Source of the DNA: Chiloscyllium plagiosum
Taxonomy: Eukaryota
DNA: 64,000 nt
Assembly (NCBI RefSeq): GCF_004010195.1
Contig: NC_057718.1
Location: forward strand, 90,935,353 to 90,999,352
Direction: 5' to 3'
The notes under the pieces were generated by a model, which made no database searches, had not been told where the DNA came from, and saw nothing but the letters and a program-made list of their open reading frames with translations. Made by a program: the position numbers and the translations under genes. Below are positions 37,371 to 50,101 of this stretch, piece by piece. Positions within the stretch are counted from its first letter, which is position 1; the number at the start of each line of letters is the position of its first letter.

Positions 37371-40300
37371 TGGCTGGGAGCAAATGTCAGTGCTGACAAA
37401 CCAGCACCCACAATGACACTTGTAGCTTCTCAAAGACTGTCCTCTTCAGCTATTGGCGCAGGTGTCCCACATGAACGTGGCCCCATCTGGAATGAATTGT
37501 TTGCATTTCTATCCTCTTTCTCAGCTGGAAGGATGGCAGATGCTGTTTACTTTCTGGACTCCTCTTGCGGCTGTTCTCTCCGCAAGTGTCTTGAGAGCTG
37601 GATCCAGCAATATTGAATCACCTCACCAGATCACCACATAGTTTCATCTTGAACAGGGGCTGCTGAGTAAGGTTCGGAGCAGTGGATTGGGACCAAGAGT
37701 TTCCTGATTGGATCGGGGCCTTTGACTCATTGTATCCTCCATCTTAACCCAGCCCCAACCACACTACTGTGGCAACTGAAACCAGCTAAAGGCAGGGATC
37801 AAATTTGGACACTTGTGGAATGCAAAACTTTTAGCAACTGACATACAAAACCTATTCTTTCCAAAATCCTAAAGCTTAAAACAACAACCTTCATGAAAAA
37901 TGAATACTTTTCATTTGTCTGTGTGTTTTTTAAAAAAAGATTTCTAATCTGACTGTTGATGTCTTTTGGGAAATCTGTAAAAGCAAAATGACAGGAGTGG
38001 AATCAAACACAGATTAAGTCAATATGTGGCTGTTTGAACAAGTTAATTACCTAATGTATCCCTTGAGTATCCAGTGTCAGTTGAAATACCACACTAGTCA
38101 AGGTTCTTTTCTAGTATTGGGTGTAGTTTTGACCATGCAAAATGGAGTCTTTGGAGAACTTCATGCTGACCCTTCTAACTGGACTCAATGGGTTGAATGA
38201 CCTGCTTCCACACTGCAGGGACTCTAATAATGAAGAATGATGAAGAAAGGAGCAGACTGGTGGGCCCGTGCTACTTTGTTTCTTTATTGTGTTAAAATAC
38301 GCAAGCGTTTTACTAACCTAATTTTAAAAGGATGCAAGGAACACAAGCATTTGGACTCAGCAAAATGTTGTTTCAATCATAATTTCCACTCCTGTTATTT
38401 CGGGAGTTCCGTTACGTTCACATTTGGTCTTTCCTTCTCAACTTCTCCTTTTTCTGCAGAGTCATGTTTTCAAGTCATTTTAGTTCCCTTGCAGTTATAG
38501 TTATTTTTAATAGCTTTTCCTTTGTACTTTATTTTGTGTATTTCCCTTTTAGAATGCAACAACTAGGAGCAGGAGTAGGCCATCTGGCCCTTTGAGCCTG
38601 TTCCGCCATTCAATTGCCGATGATGGTCTTACAGATAATTAACAACTGTTCAGTGGTTAGAGAAAGAAGGTGTCTTACAAACCTCTTTGAACAGATTTTT
38701 CTTCTAGTGATTACACTCCTTCAACTCACTTTGTAAAATTTCAGATACTATTTCAGGCACCCTGCAGATGCTGTGTCAGCAAAATGTATATGGTATTGTG
38801 TTAAAGTATTATCACTAATCTACTTGTGGAAATCTCCACATGTTCAAAGCGCAAGTGTTTCATATCCACGTGCTGAATGCATTGGATTATGCTCTTGATT
38901 TTTCAGCAAGGTGGTTTCAATAATTCATTATTGACATAATAGATGGAACTCCCTTGGCATTAGTCACAACGAGCCTGTGGATATATGGTTTTGTGCTCAG
39001 AATCTTCAAACCTCTCCCACTCCTGGCAGAACCACAGCTAAGTGAGGATGATCTCCAAACTCAAAAGCTTGCTGTGTGACTGAAAAACCTCTTAGTTTTA
39101 ATAAGAAATTATTCGTTTGTCAGATGTGCGTGTCACTGGCCGCCCAGCATTTATTGCCCATCCTTAGAGACGGTGGTGGTGAGCTGTCTTCTTGAACCGC
39201 TGCAGTCCACCTGCTGTGGGTTGACGCACAGTGCCATTATGGAGGGAATTCCTCCATTTTGACCCAGCAACAGTGAAGGAATCGTGATATGTTTCCAACT
39301 CAAGATAGTGAGTGGCTTGGAGGGGAACTTGAAGGTGGTGGTGTTCCCATGTATCTGTTGCCCTTATCCTTCTAGCTGGAAGTGGTCGTGAGTTTGGAAG
39401 GCGCTGTCTGCAGATCTTTGGTGAATAGTTCGGAATGTGATAATGCAGTGTTTCCCAAACCACTTCTGTTGTGACCCATTTTTCATGCCTCAGGTTTAGA
39501 ATGAGTCCCATTGAAATTTGTGTTTGTGTGTGTCAATCTGTATATGTGTGAGAGAGAAGGCCATAGCAGCAGAGAAGAGCATAAACTCCCCTCCCCTTCT
39601 GTTCACCAACCAGTCCTATCTCAACTCCAATAGCCTATTTATATGCCACCCTTCCGCTCATCCTCATCTCTCCCTCCCTCTGTTCACCATCAGCCTCATC
39701 TCCTTCCTTCCTTCCTCCACTATCCTCTTGGTGCAGCTGATTAAAGAAAGGGCAGGATAAACACAAGGCAGGAATCAGGTCTCAGTCGGCAGTTGATTGG
39801 TCCCACATCCTCCCAATTCAAACCAAGTGAGCGTTTTGAAGAGGCCAAACAGCTGTCTTGGATCTGACCTTCCGAGGTTGCGACCCTCAAATTTTTGGCT
39901 GGCTTGCAACCGGCAGTTGAGGAAGTCCTACCATAAAGGAAGCGACAAAAACGGAAATGGCTTGAAAAGCTCAGCTCTAAGAAATCAGAGTTAACGTTTC
40001 AGGTCCAGTGACTGCTGCTCAGAAATTTCCTCAGATTTTGCTGCCGGCTCTCTGTTTGCAGCTCAGAAGATCATTGCCTCTTCATTTGGACCATGAGCAC
40101 AACAAATGTTTGTTATTTGAGTTCTGTGCTGTTGGCCTCTGCCAGAGGCACAGCTGAGCTTAGTCAGCAAGTGGGGTGTGTGGCTGACAGCTTCCCTTAG
40201 GCAAAGTAAATTCTGATAATGGTGGCTTTTTACTTTGTGCAACATTTAATGAATCAAAGTGATGCACAATCAGAATAAGGAACGATTGTGCTGACGGTGT

Positions 40301-41536
40301 ATGTTTATTTTCCTCACTCCTGATTTAAGGAAATCTTCAATCAAATCAACAAAACCTCCCCAAGAGGTCACTTTGTAAGTGAGCAAACATAACTGTCAGA
40401 TGAGTAGCATCTCCTGAAGATGTGAAGGCATTGGTTGGATTTTCAATTCGTCAGAGTATCGTTTTTATGAGAGAGGACCTCCGTTATTGAAAGATTAATT
40501 TTAACCCTCAAGATTGTGTAATTCAGCATTATATGTTTTTTCGTAATTTATGAAAGGTCAAGGGTAGATCAGAATGTCTTCTTGGAATGAGTTATGTGCA
40601 TTAAGGTGTGTGTTTAAGACTCTGCTTTTGTTGAATGTGGACTGAGCTGCAATGAGCCCATTGTCAACATATTGTCAATTTTCTTTCTCAAAAGGAAACT
40701 GCAAATGGTAAAAGTTCAGAACGAACATATAGTGGAGCCCATAAATTGTGGGGTTTGACACTGACCATAGACAGGAAATTACACACTTGAAATTAAGCTG
40801 GTTAGGTTTCGATTCAAGTTTCCTTTAAAACTTCATTCATGTTATCACAAATGTGGGACATCAATAAACCAGTCCTGACTCCCCACATCTACAAGGCACA
40901 AGTCAGAGCTATGATGGAGCACTGACTCTTTTCCTTGACAAGTCCAGACACCATCTAGGACAAAAGAGTCCAATTGTAAGTAATCACTGCCTCCACCACT
41001 GATGCACTATAGTGTGTACCATATGAAAGAAATATCGGAGCAACTGTCTCTTCAACAGCACATGATGTTTACCCACTCAGGACAAAAGCAGCAGATACAT
41101 GGGAGCACAGACACCTATTTCTCAGTTGACTTTAGCCAACTCTGTCTTTGTACCTTTTGTAATTCCTATTATGAATGTTTACGTGACAGTTTTCTTGCTC
41201 ACAAATTGCGTATAAAATTCAATCTGTTCTGATCAATCTTCCTCAGAGTACCCTTCACCCTGAGATCATTTATTAATCACATCTCATTAGGAGATCCAGA
41301 ATTGCCTGTTCTCTCATTGGTTCCACAGTGCATTTTTCTGTGAAATAGCCCCAAGTGCACTGTATGCACTTAAAACCCAAGATTGCTTTTTCCAATTTGT
41401 CCATGAAGATTTAAAATTGCAGTAATTTTACATACAAGTTACTGTTATTTCTTGATTTATACCCTGCCTGGCAGCTTGACAGCTGATAAACTACGCCCAC
41501 CAGCAAATTATTTCTCTCACTGTTTCTTATAGAGTT

Positions 41537-41920
41537 ATGTACCACCCTCTGCGTGAAAAAGTTGCCCTTTAGGTCTCTCTTATATCTTTCCCCCCTCACC
41601 GTAAACCTATGCCCTCTAGTTTTGGACTCCCCCACCCCAGGGAAAAGACTTTGTCTATTTATTCTATCCATGCCCCGCATGATTTTATAAACCTCTATGA
41701 GGTCACCCCTCAGCCTCCGATGCTCCAGGGAAAACAGCTCAGGCTTATTCAACCTCTCCCTCTAGCTCAAATCCTCCAACTCGGGCAACGTCCTTGCAAA
41801 TCTTTTCTGAGCCCTTTCAAGTTGCACAACATCTTTCTGATAGGAAGGAGACCAGAATTGCACGCAATATTCCAACAGTGGCCTAACCAATGTCCTGTAC
41901 AGCTGCAACACGACCTCCTC
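41537..41920 (-). mobile_element. CR1/HER1 LINE fragment
   Basis: Peptide 'LFSLEHRRLRGDLIEVYKIMRGMDRINRQSLFP'. Confidence 0.9.
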
Positions 41921-42317
41921 AATCAAACTAATTCTACGTTTTGATCTTCTGAGTGCAGATCCTTTCTCACTACTTTAATGATCTCAGTCTTTATTAGTTA
42001 CTTCCCCTCTTTTGCTTTTCCTCTTACCTTTTCAAAATGTTAAATACACTTGAATGTTCCGTTCCTGGACTGACTTTTGGCCTGGGAGCATGGCCACATT
42101 TTGCACAAGGCTTGACCTGGGCACATTGAATCTTGAAGCAACATAAAGGGTGATGGAATACACCAGTATAAATGAATTTTAGGTGTATCTCACTGATTAT
42201 TTGAAATTCCCTGTTTTCCACTGGTTCACCTGACTTCTGCCCAGAATTTGCTGATATTACTATTGCAAGTCAATACTCCAACCTCCTCTCCATCCCCACT
42301 CCCAAGAAGAATAGAAT

Positions 42318-42668
42318 AGTAGATTCTCTACATTAGGAAAGTAGGCCATTAGACCCATTGAGACCACACCACCCCTCTGTAGAGTATCCCACCCAGATCC
42401 ACTCCCCTACCCTATCCCTGTAACCCTGCATTTCCCATGGCTAATCCACCCTAACCTGCACATCCCTAATCACTATGAGCAATTTAGCTTAGTCAATCCA
42501 CCCTAACCTGCACATCCCTCATCACGATGAGCAATTTAGCACAGTCAATCCACCCTAACCTGCACATCCCTAGTCACTATGAGCAATTTAGCATAGTTAA
42601 TCCACCCTAACCTGCACATCCCTAGTCACTATGAGCAATTTAGCATAGTTAATCCACCCTAACCTGCA
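42318..42668 (-). mobile_element. HE1-type SINE 3' part with tandemly expanded internal unit
   Basis: SINE tail at 42318-42440 followed by the array; no tRNA head. Confidence 0.8.
42443..42668. repeat. 52-bp tandem repeat, about 4.3 copies
   Basis: Units start at 42443, 42495, 42547, 42599 and 42651 (AATCCACCCTAACCTGCACATCCCT...). Confidence 0.95.
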
Positions 42669-44229
42669 GTCTTATTCCCTCCTCCTCCTCCTCCCTGCCT
42701 CCACTCCAGTGAATCCAAAGAATTTCAGATCCTGACCGTGGCCAATTCCACTAACAACCTGCAAGACATTACCGAGGTACATCTCCAAAAACAGTGAAGC
42801 ATCTGAAATAATCAAGTTTGGGGTCTAATTATCTTCTTTGTCAAAATAACAGTAAACACTTTGGTGTTCGGCAATGCGCTTTATTTGTAACAATGCCTGT
42901 ACTTTGTTCTGAGCAATTTCAAAGTTGCATCTTTATCTAAACTTGGGCCGCATGCTAAGTTTTTTATTCTCCCCCTGAAGATTCTCATGGGTCTGTGACA
43001 GGAAATTCAGAGTGCTGATGCAAAGGGTTGCAAAAGCCAGCACTAGGGAGAGGAGTTCTTATTTTGGGACTGGGAGTTCTATCTTTGATACAGGCAATGC
43101 CACTGATAGCTGTTTGAACATGCCTCCACAGAACTGAGAGGCCACAATCAGATACTGGTGCTGCATTCCAATGACCCACCCATCTGTCCCTTTTCAGTCA
43201 GAGATAGCGTGCAGTGTTAAGTAACCTGCAGAACAAGGGCAAAATACAAGGAAGTCTCGCTCATAAATTAAACTCTTGTCGTTACTTTGGTTTTCTCTCC
43301 TTTTGTTTAGTAAGTCTTTTTAACAGTGGCCAGCATTCCTCTGTGAGGTCATTGTTTCGCGTCTTACAGCAGTGTTCCCGGTTGCCTGTGTTGGTTTTGG
43401 ATTACAGTTTGTATGGTGTCCAAAAGCCTCTCCAGAAAATGAAACTTTCTCAGGCTAAAATAGAGCTAGTGTCTCACAGGGGAGTTCTTGGCTGGCTTCT
43501 ATTCTTTGAACAGCCTGGTTTCAAATCTCCCGTGCCAGGACACTACACGAATCAGCGATCGGTTTGGAGGCAACTGATATTTCTGCAGGGGAAACTCCTC
43601 TTGCTGAAAAAGAAAAAGAAAACATCTTTAATGAATGACATTTGTATTATAAGGAAGAAAACCAAGAACCCAAATGCTTCTTGCAGATGTTGTAAATCTG
43701 AAATTACAGATCTGGAAAATAGCAGAAATGCTTCTACCACTCTGAAATTGTGGATTTGAAATGTACAACTTCTTACGACAATGCATTTTGCAGCAGACCG
43801 AGGTCATTTATTTAACTTTGTTACAAATATTGTGTGCGTTGAACTGAAAGCCGTTAATTGTGTGTTGTTGAAACCAATTTAACCCCCTTTGGCCTTAAAT
43901 GTTACTGTTTTTCTTTTACATGTGGACAATTTGGAGAGACCTCTCTCACTTGCTGTCTCACTCTGCGTATCTAACCAAATAGCTGCCCCGTAATGCTGTC
44001 GTATCCTGTTTTTGCTTTTTCAGAGTATGTGTCTCCTCTCCCAAACCTTGCCATCTTTCAGTCCAATCTGAAGCCTTCCCCTGGCCCTTGTTATTTGATT
44101 TGCCAGGACACTGGTCCCTGCACAGTACAAACAAAGTCCCTCCCACTGAAACAGGTCCCTGCTACTCCAAGTTCTGCTGCCATTGCCTCACAAACTGAAA
44201 TCCATTCCACCCTCAGCAATCTCTGAGCC

Positions 44230-44650
44230 ATGTGTTTAACATATTTCCTTACCTTGAGTCAGTTTGCCGATGGCTCAGGTAGTAATTCTGCGGTTATTGT
44301 CTTGGAGGACTTGATTTGTAATTGAGCTTCCAACTGTTCACCATCTTTCAGCAGGGCCCCCTTTCCAGGCTCATCAGTGTCATTGGCACCAAGATGAATG
44401 ATGACAACTGGATCCCTCCGCTTCCTCTCCAGCCCTGAGGAGATTTCCTGAAGCCCTGCTCCAGGCACACAACACAGCCTTTAGAACTTGCACTCACGGC
44501 TGCAGAGGACAGCATCCAATCCCTAATTATATTGTCCCCTGTCACAACTATGTTTTTAGTTCCTCCCCTGTACCACAGTACTGTAGTGAGTCCACTCAAC
44601 TGCTCCGTAGTCCCCACTCTCCTCCACACAGCTTGCAAGAACCTCATAAC
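44230..44650 (-). mobile_element. CR1 LINE ORF1 relic, SGNH esterase-like domain
   Basis: Peptides 'IVVTGDNIIR' and 'PGAGLQEISSGL...DPVVIIHLGANDT...TITAELLPEPSAN' match the GDS / PGA / H.GTND blocks of CR1 ORF1 esterases. Confidence 0.75.
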
Positions 44651-44652
44651 TG

Positions 44653-44937
44653 GGTAGCACGGTGGCTCAGTGGTTAGCACCAGGGAACCAGGTTCAATTC
44701 CCACCTTGGGTGACTGTGTGGAGTTTGCACATTCTCCCCGTGTCTGCATGGGTTTCCTCCCACAGTCCAAAGATGTGCTGGTCAGGTGAATTGGCCATAA
44801 CATTAGGTGGGTTAGTCAGGAATAAATATAGGGGGTAGGGGAATGGGTCTGGGGTGGGTTACTATTCAGACAGTCGGTGTGGACTTGTTGGGCCAAAGGG
44901 CCTGTTTCCATACTGTAGGGCATCTAATCTAATCTAA
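44653..44937 (+). mobile_element. HE1-type SINE
   Basis: Consensus match with small deletions; (ATCTA)n tail. Confidence 0.9.
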
Positions 44938-45119
44938 CCTAAATTGCAGGAATCAAGACTCCTTGAAAGTTATCCCCGGGTCCCCCTGCCTGCCTCACCT
45001 GCTACATTTTTGTTTAAGAGGAATATGCCCAGCTTTCATTGCTGTGCACCACCTATTTGAGTTTCCTTCCAGCTTGAGAAGGAAGAATCACTCGATGCTA
45101 TTTCGAGATGTCTTGTTTT

Positions 45120-45495
45120 ACATTCACCACTGAATCAAAAGGTTGAGTTCAAGTCTTGCAGAATAGACCTGATCTCAATCTACAGGCTGACTGTTGTGCA
45201 AGTCTTTGAAGGAGCGCTGTATTGTTGAAGGAGTTATTTTTCAGATAATCAGTTAAGCCATCTGTCCTTTCCAGTGCATGTAAAAGATCCTATGGCACCA
45301 CACATAAGAAGAACTGAGGAATCCTTGTTTTGGCCAGTATCTATACCTCATTATCTCTTTGTGGGATCAAATCTATGCTAATTGGCTGCTGCAATTGCTA
45401 CATAGAATACACAGTGACTACACTTCAAAATTAGCTTTGATGGTTATAAATCTCTTTACAATGTCCTGCCATCATGAGATGCATGTTATAAATGC
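45120..45495 (+). mobile_element. DeuSINE (SacSINE1/AmnSINE1-like) relic; further relics at about 46210-46460 (-), 47850-48180 (-) and 61270-61410 (+)
   Basis: tRNA-like GAGTTCAAGTC, then GGAGCGCTG..TTGT, GTAAAAGATCC.ATGGCAC and GAAGAA...TGGCCA.TAT.TAT.CCTCA, recalled as the Deu domain. Confidence 0.6.
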
Positions 45496-45626
45496 AAAGT
45501 TCATATGCAGTAATGCAGGACATGTTTGTGTAAGTCTCTGTCTCTATAATTTAAATGAGCTAAAAACCTTTTTTTAAACTTACTGGTTTTTTAATAATAT
45601 ATGAGTGTATAAGCTTAGAGTATAAA

Positions 45627-45818
45627 ATTGCCATAGTCTTGCCAGACCAGACTGCCCCTTCATTAGGGAGGCAACCGGTGATGATTTAATCTGAAGTCAT
45701 CACACCTCAGGTGAGGGGAGAGGTTGAGAAGGAGTCCTTAATGGTAATCTTAACGAGTGTGGGACTTGAATGTTGGCATCATTCTGTATTGCAAACCAGC
45801 CATCCAAACTAACTGACT
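45627..45818 (-). mobile_element. Second tRNA-derived SINE family
   Basis: Reverse complement aligns with 63535-63700 (AAGGACTC.CCTTCTCAACCTCTC.CCT.ACCTGAGG). Confidence 0.7.
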
Positions 45819-46559
45819 CTTGCAAGTGTATATACCGTTACAACAGGCACATTTGAAAACAGCATTTTACAGAACTTCAGCCCTTTTTTATTTTCATGGA
45901 AAGAGAGGTTTTTTTTAAATCAAGAAAGTCATATTAACATACTGGACCTACTCCGTTGACATTGTTCATGTAATAATGTTGTACTTCAACATGTTACAAA
46001 CATGAATTGTATTGTAACGTCTCTTGGTGATACTGTGTTTGGGTGTCAGTCTGTAGTTTGTCAGGGATAGGGAAACAACCTGTGTTGATAAATGACCTTT
46101 TTTATGCTGTCCCAGACTGACTGAAGGATCATTAAGTACTACCTTGAGTCTCGTTTGGGAAAGCAGCATCAGATTTGTCCACAGTAAAGTCCCATAAAAA
46201 CAGCAACCATCACCAGGTTGAAGGATAAATATTAACCAGAATACCGTTTTTAAAAACTCCAGTGTTCTTCTTCAAGTAATGATATCGGATCTTTTATACT
46301 ACCTTAGGAAGGCAAATGAGGCCTGAACTAATTGACAAATCATTCAAAAGACTGTGTTCCTACTTCAGTCTCTACTAAAATGAAAGTGTGGATTATATGT
46401 GCAAGTCTTAGAATAGAGATCTGAACACATGATCTTCTGACTTGATGTTAAGACACTGAATCAAGACTGGCCTCTGCTAAGAATAAAAGATATTTTCATA
46501 AATCAAGTGCATGTACTGTATCTCTGTCTACCTGGATGACCAATTTGTATGAAATCAGG

Positions 46560-47490
46560 TTGGGGAGGTGATCAAGAGGTTTGTGACAAAACTCAATTGG
46601 GTGATTAATGATGACGGTAACTGTAAACTGTAGGAGGATCAAGTGGACTGAGCAGCGCAAATGGAATTCAATCCGGAAAGGTGCAAGGTAAGGAACTTGG
46701 GGAGGGGTAACAAGCCAAGAGATTACACTCTGTGTGACCTAATCCTGGAAAGTACTGAAGATCAGAGGGAGCCTGATGTACGTATTCATAGATTCCTGAG
46801 GGTAGCTGAGAGGTGGATAAGGTGGTTGAGAAGACAAATGGGATAGTTATTATTACGCAGGGGTTAGAATACAAGAGTGGGGAGGTTATGCTGTAACTGT
46901 GTAGCATGATGGTTAGGCCTGTTATGCTGGGGTACTGCATGTAATTGTGGTCACCACATTCTAAGACTTAAGATTTAGAATTTATTGTCATGTACATTCA
47001 AGTACAGGAGTACAGTGAAAAGTACAGTGCGGCATCATCTTGGGTGCAAAAGATACCAGATATCAGTGACTGCACGAGAGAGGGGTGAGGAAGACATTTT
47101 CCAGCTGAAGGGTCTCCACTATGAGGAAAGATTGGATAGGATGGGGTTGCTTTCCTTGGAGCAGCAGGAGTTGAAAAGGGACCTAATAGAGATGCATAAG
47201 ATGGTGAGTGGCATACAGAGGTATCTTTTCCACTAATAGAAGGGTCAATGACCAGACAGTACAGGTAAGAGGTGCAGGAGAGTTGAGAATTTATTAACTC
47301 GGAGAGTGGCGAGAGTCTGGAACTGACTGCTTAAAGGGGTGGATGAGTGAGAAACTCTTGTAACATTTAAACGGTAATTAAATGTTCACTTGTATTGCTG
47401 TAGTCTCCAAGATTCCAGGCCAGAAGCTGGAGAATGGGATTTGTGTGGTCAGGTCTTTGTTGACCAGTGTGGACCAAATGGCCTTCTGTC
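46560..47490 (+). mobile_element. Old CR1-type LINE fragment
   Basis: Peptides 'MEFNPERCKVRNLGRGN' and 'LHYEERLDRMGLLSLE'. Confidence 0.75.
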
Positions 47491-47508
47491 TAGATCTTTG
47501 AGGTTCTT

Positions 47509-47685
47509 TAAAGGAACCTCGATTTATGTGAAGCTCACAGGCAGGGAGTATTTTGTTCGGTTAATCAAATGCCGGATAATCGAATGCTGGTTAACATAGT
47601 TCAGCCCAACATCGGGATCTTGCAATCATGCCTGATAATCTGAAATTCAGATAATTGAATACCAGATAATAGAGGTTCCACTGTA
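47509..47685. mobile_element. Tigger-like MITE
   Basis: GGAACCTCGATT at the left versus AATAGAGGTTCCACTG|TA at the right. Internal, roughly 15-bp GATAATCGAATGC-like repeats. Confidence 0.6.
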
Positions 47686-48230
47686 TTGTCGTTCTATCTG
47701 AGGTATTGGAGCCAGAGGTTGATTTTAGAAACCAGGTTTTTCACTCGATACAAACTGCACATTTTTTGATATCAACATTAATAACTTAAATATTTACTTT
47801 TCCACAATTTCATGTTAAGACTGAATTGCTTAATTAAAAGAAAATAGCTTCAAGCACTTTTCAGCCACTGTTGTAATATCCAGAAAGTTACAGCCAATTT
47901 ACTCAAAGCATGTGCCCTTTAGCTACTATTCTGTAATGATAGATATTGATCTGGACACTGAGATAACTCTCTTGCTGTTCCACAAAAAAGGGGAACTTTC
48001 ACATCCATTTGACATGATCTCAGTACATGTCCTCTCATTTGGGAAAAACAGCAACCCCTGGCAATGTGGCACTCCCTTAGTACTGTGCTGAACTATCAGC
48101 CTTGCTTTCTGGGCATGCATTGCAGAATGGAGCTTGAACCCAGAATTGTGTGACTCCGAAGTGAAAGAGCTACCAATTGGAATGATATTTTTGCACTTGG
48201 GTTTGCAGACACTGTACAGTATAATCCATG

Positions 48231-50101
48231 ATGAGGAGGTGCCGGCGTTGGACTGGAGTGGACAAAGTTTAAAAATCACACAACACCAGGTTATAGTCCA
48301 ACAGTTTTATTTGGAAGCACTATCTTTTGGAGCACTGCTCCTTCATCAGGTAGCTAGTGGGGCAGGATCATAGGACACAGAATTTATAGCACAAGATCAT
48401 AGTGTCATACAACTGACATGATATATTGAACAAACCTAAATTGCTATCAAGTCTCCCATCTTTTAGAATGGGTTGCAAGTTTCGATTCATTTATATTAAA
48501 ATACCAGAACTTCTTTCAAGTCACATTCCTGAGATAATTAAAGGTTTTATATTTTAAAAAATGACATCTCAGCTCAGACAATGCATTAAAGGTGTGAGGG
48601 AGTCTATATGTATTCCAACCTTGCGTCAGACTGATTTTATTTCCAAAGTTGGAATTTATAAAATGTCACATGGATTGACTGCCTGCAGATTGTGTGCGTT
48701 TTGAGCAAAATAGAATGCATATGCAAATGCAAGTTCACCCCATGGACTGATGTGTGTGTGCATGCATGTGAGGGAGGGAGAGAGGAGGGGGGAGTGTATG
48801 TGCATGTGAGTGTGACTGAATATAAGCCTGTGGGAGGGTGTTTGCGTGGGTGTGAGTGTGAGGAGTGTATGTGTGTGTCTGAGAGAGAGTATGTGTATGA
48901 GAGAGGGTCTGCTTGAGTGTGTGAGAGTGTATAGTGTAGTGGGGTCACCTGTAGTGTGACATGAACCTCAGGTCCCAGTTGACGCCATCCTTTTGGGTAT
49001 CAAACTTGGCTATCAGCCTCTGCTCGGCCACTCTGCATTGTTGCGTATCCCGAAGTCCGCCTAAGAGGACGGCCACCCGAAGATCCGAGGCCGAATGTCC
49101 CTGACTGCTGATGTGTTGCCTGACTGAGAGGGAACATCCCTGTCTGGCGATTGTTGCACGGTTTTCATTCATCCATTTGTTGTAGCGTCTGCTTGGCTTC
49201 CCCAGTGTACCATGCCCCGGGGCATCCTTGCCTGCAGTGTATGAGATAGACACTGTTGGCCAAGTCACATGAATACCTGCTGTATACATGGTGGGAGGTG
49301 TCCCCATGTGTAATGGCGGTATCCATGTCGATGCTCTGACACATTTGTTGTGTTTGTTATGGCAGGGTTGTATGATGTTGTGGTAGATGTTGCCCTGAAG
49401 GCTGGGCTGTTTGCTGCGAACAATGGTCTGTTTAAGATTTGGCAGTTGTTTAAAGGTGAGAAGTGGAGGCATTGGGAAGGTCTTGGCGAGATGCTCATCC
49501 TCATCGACAATGTGTTATAGGCCACGAAAAACATGGCACAGCTTCTCCGCTCCCGGGAAGTACTGGTCAACGAAGGGTACCCTATTAGTAGTATCCCTGT
49601 TGGTAGTCTGTCTCCTGAGGAGGTCATTACGGTTTCTCGCTGTGGCATGTTAGAACTGGCGATCGATGAGTTGAGCATCGTATCCTGTTCTTAAGAGGGT
49701 GTTCTTCTGAACCTTCAGGTGTCTGTCGTGTTCCTCCTCATCTGAACAGATCCAGTGTATGCGTTGTCCGTAGGGGATGGCTGTTTTAATATGTTTAGGG
49801 TGGAAGCTAGAGAAGTGTAGCATTGTAAGGTTCTCCTTGGGTTTACGGTACAGTGAAGTACTGAGGTGCCTGAACCTGATGGAGATGCATGTGCCCAAGA
49901 ATGAGACCAATACTAAAGAGTAGTCCGTGGTGAACTTGATGGTGGGATGAAACTCATTGATATCACTGTGTGGATGTTTCAGTGACTCCTCGTCATGGGT
50001 CCAGAGGAAGAAAATGTCGTCAGTATATCTGGTGTATAGTGCAGTTTGGAGGTTCTGTGCAGCAAAGAGGTCTTGTTCGAACTTGTGCATGAAAATATAG
50101 C
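48231..50101 (-). mobile_element. Penelope-like retroelement (probably Neptune clade), 5'-truncated, frameshifted RT plus GIY-YIG plus 3' pLTR
   Basis: 10-bp TSD ATAATCCATG at 48221-48230 and 50102-50111. RT motifs 'YTRYTDDIFFLW' and 'FLGTCISI...TSLYRKP', Cys linker 'QPCHNKHNKC', GIY-YIG 'NSVYLIHCRQGCPGAWYTGEAKQTL' (manual translation at about 49180-49260), and C-terminus 'VAEQRLIAKFDT...GVN.D'. Confidence 0.9.
48318..48353 (-). ncRNA. Minimal type I hammerhead ribozyme motif (decayed) in the PLE 3' end
   Basis: Reverse complement TAC-CTGATGA-A-GGAGC-AGT-GCTCC-AAAA-GA-TA-GTG. Perfect stem II; GAAA mutated at a CpG. Confidence 0.7.

Noticed and set aside
42443..42668. Regularly spaced repeats resembling a CRISPR array
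   Set aside because: Units are contiguous with no unique spacers and derive from SINE sequence; the DNA is eukaryotic with no cas genes.
43214..43759. Longest ORF in the track (181 aa)
   Set aside because: Non-ATG start, no recognisable domain and no convincing splice boundaries; probably a chance ORF in unique sequence.
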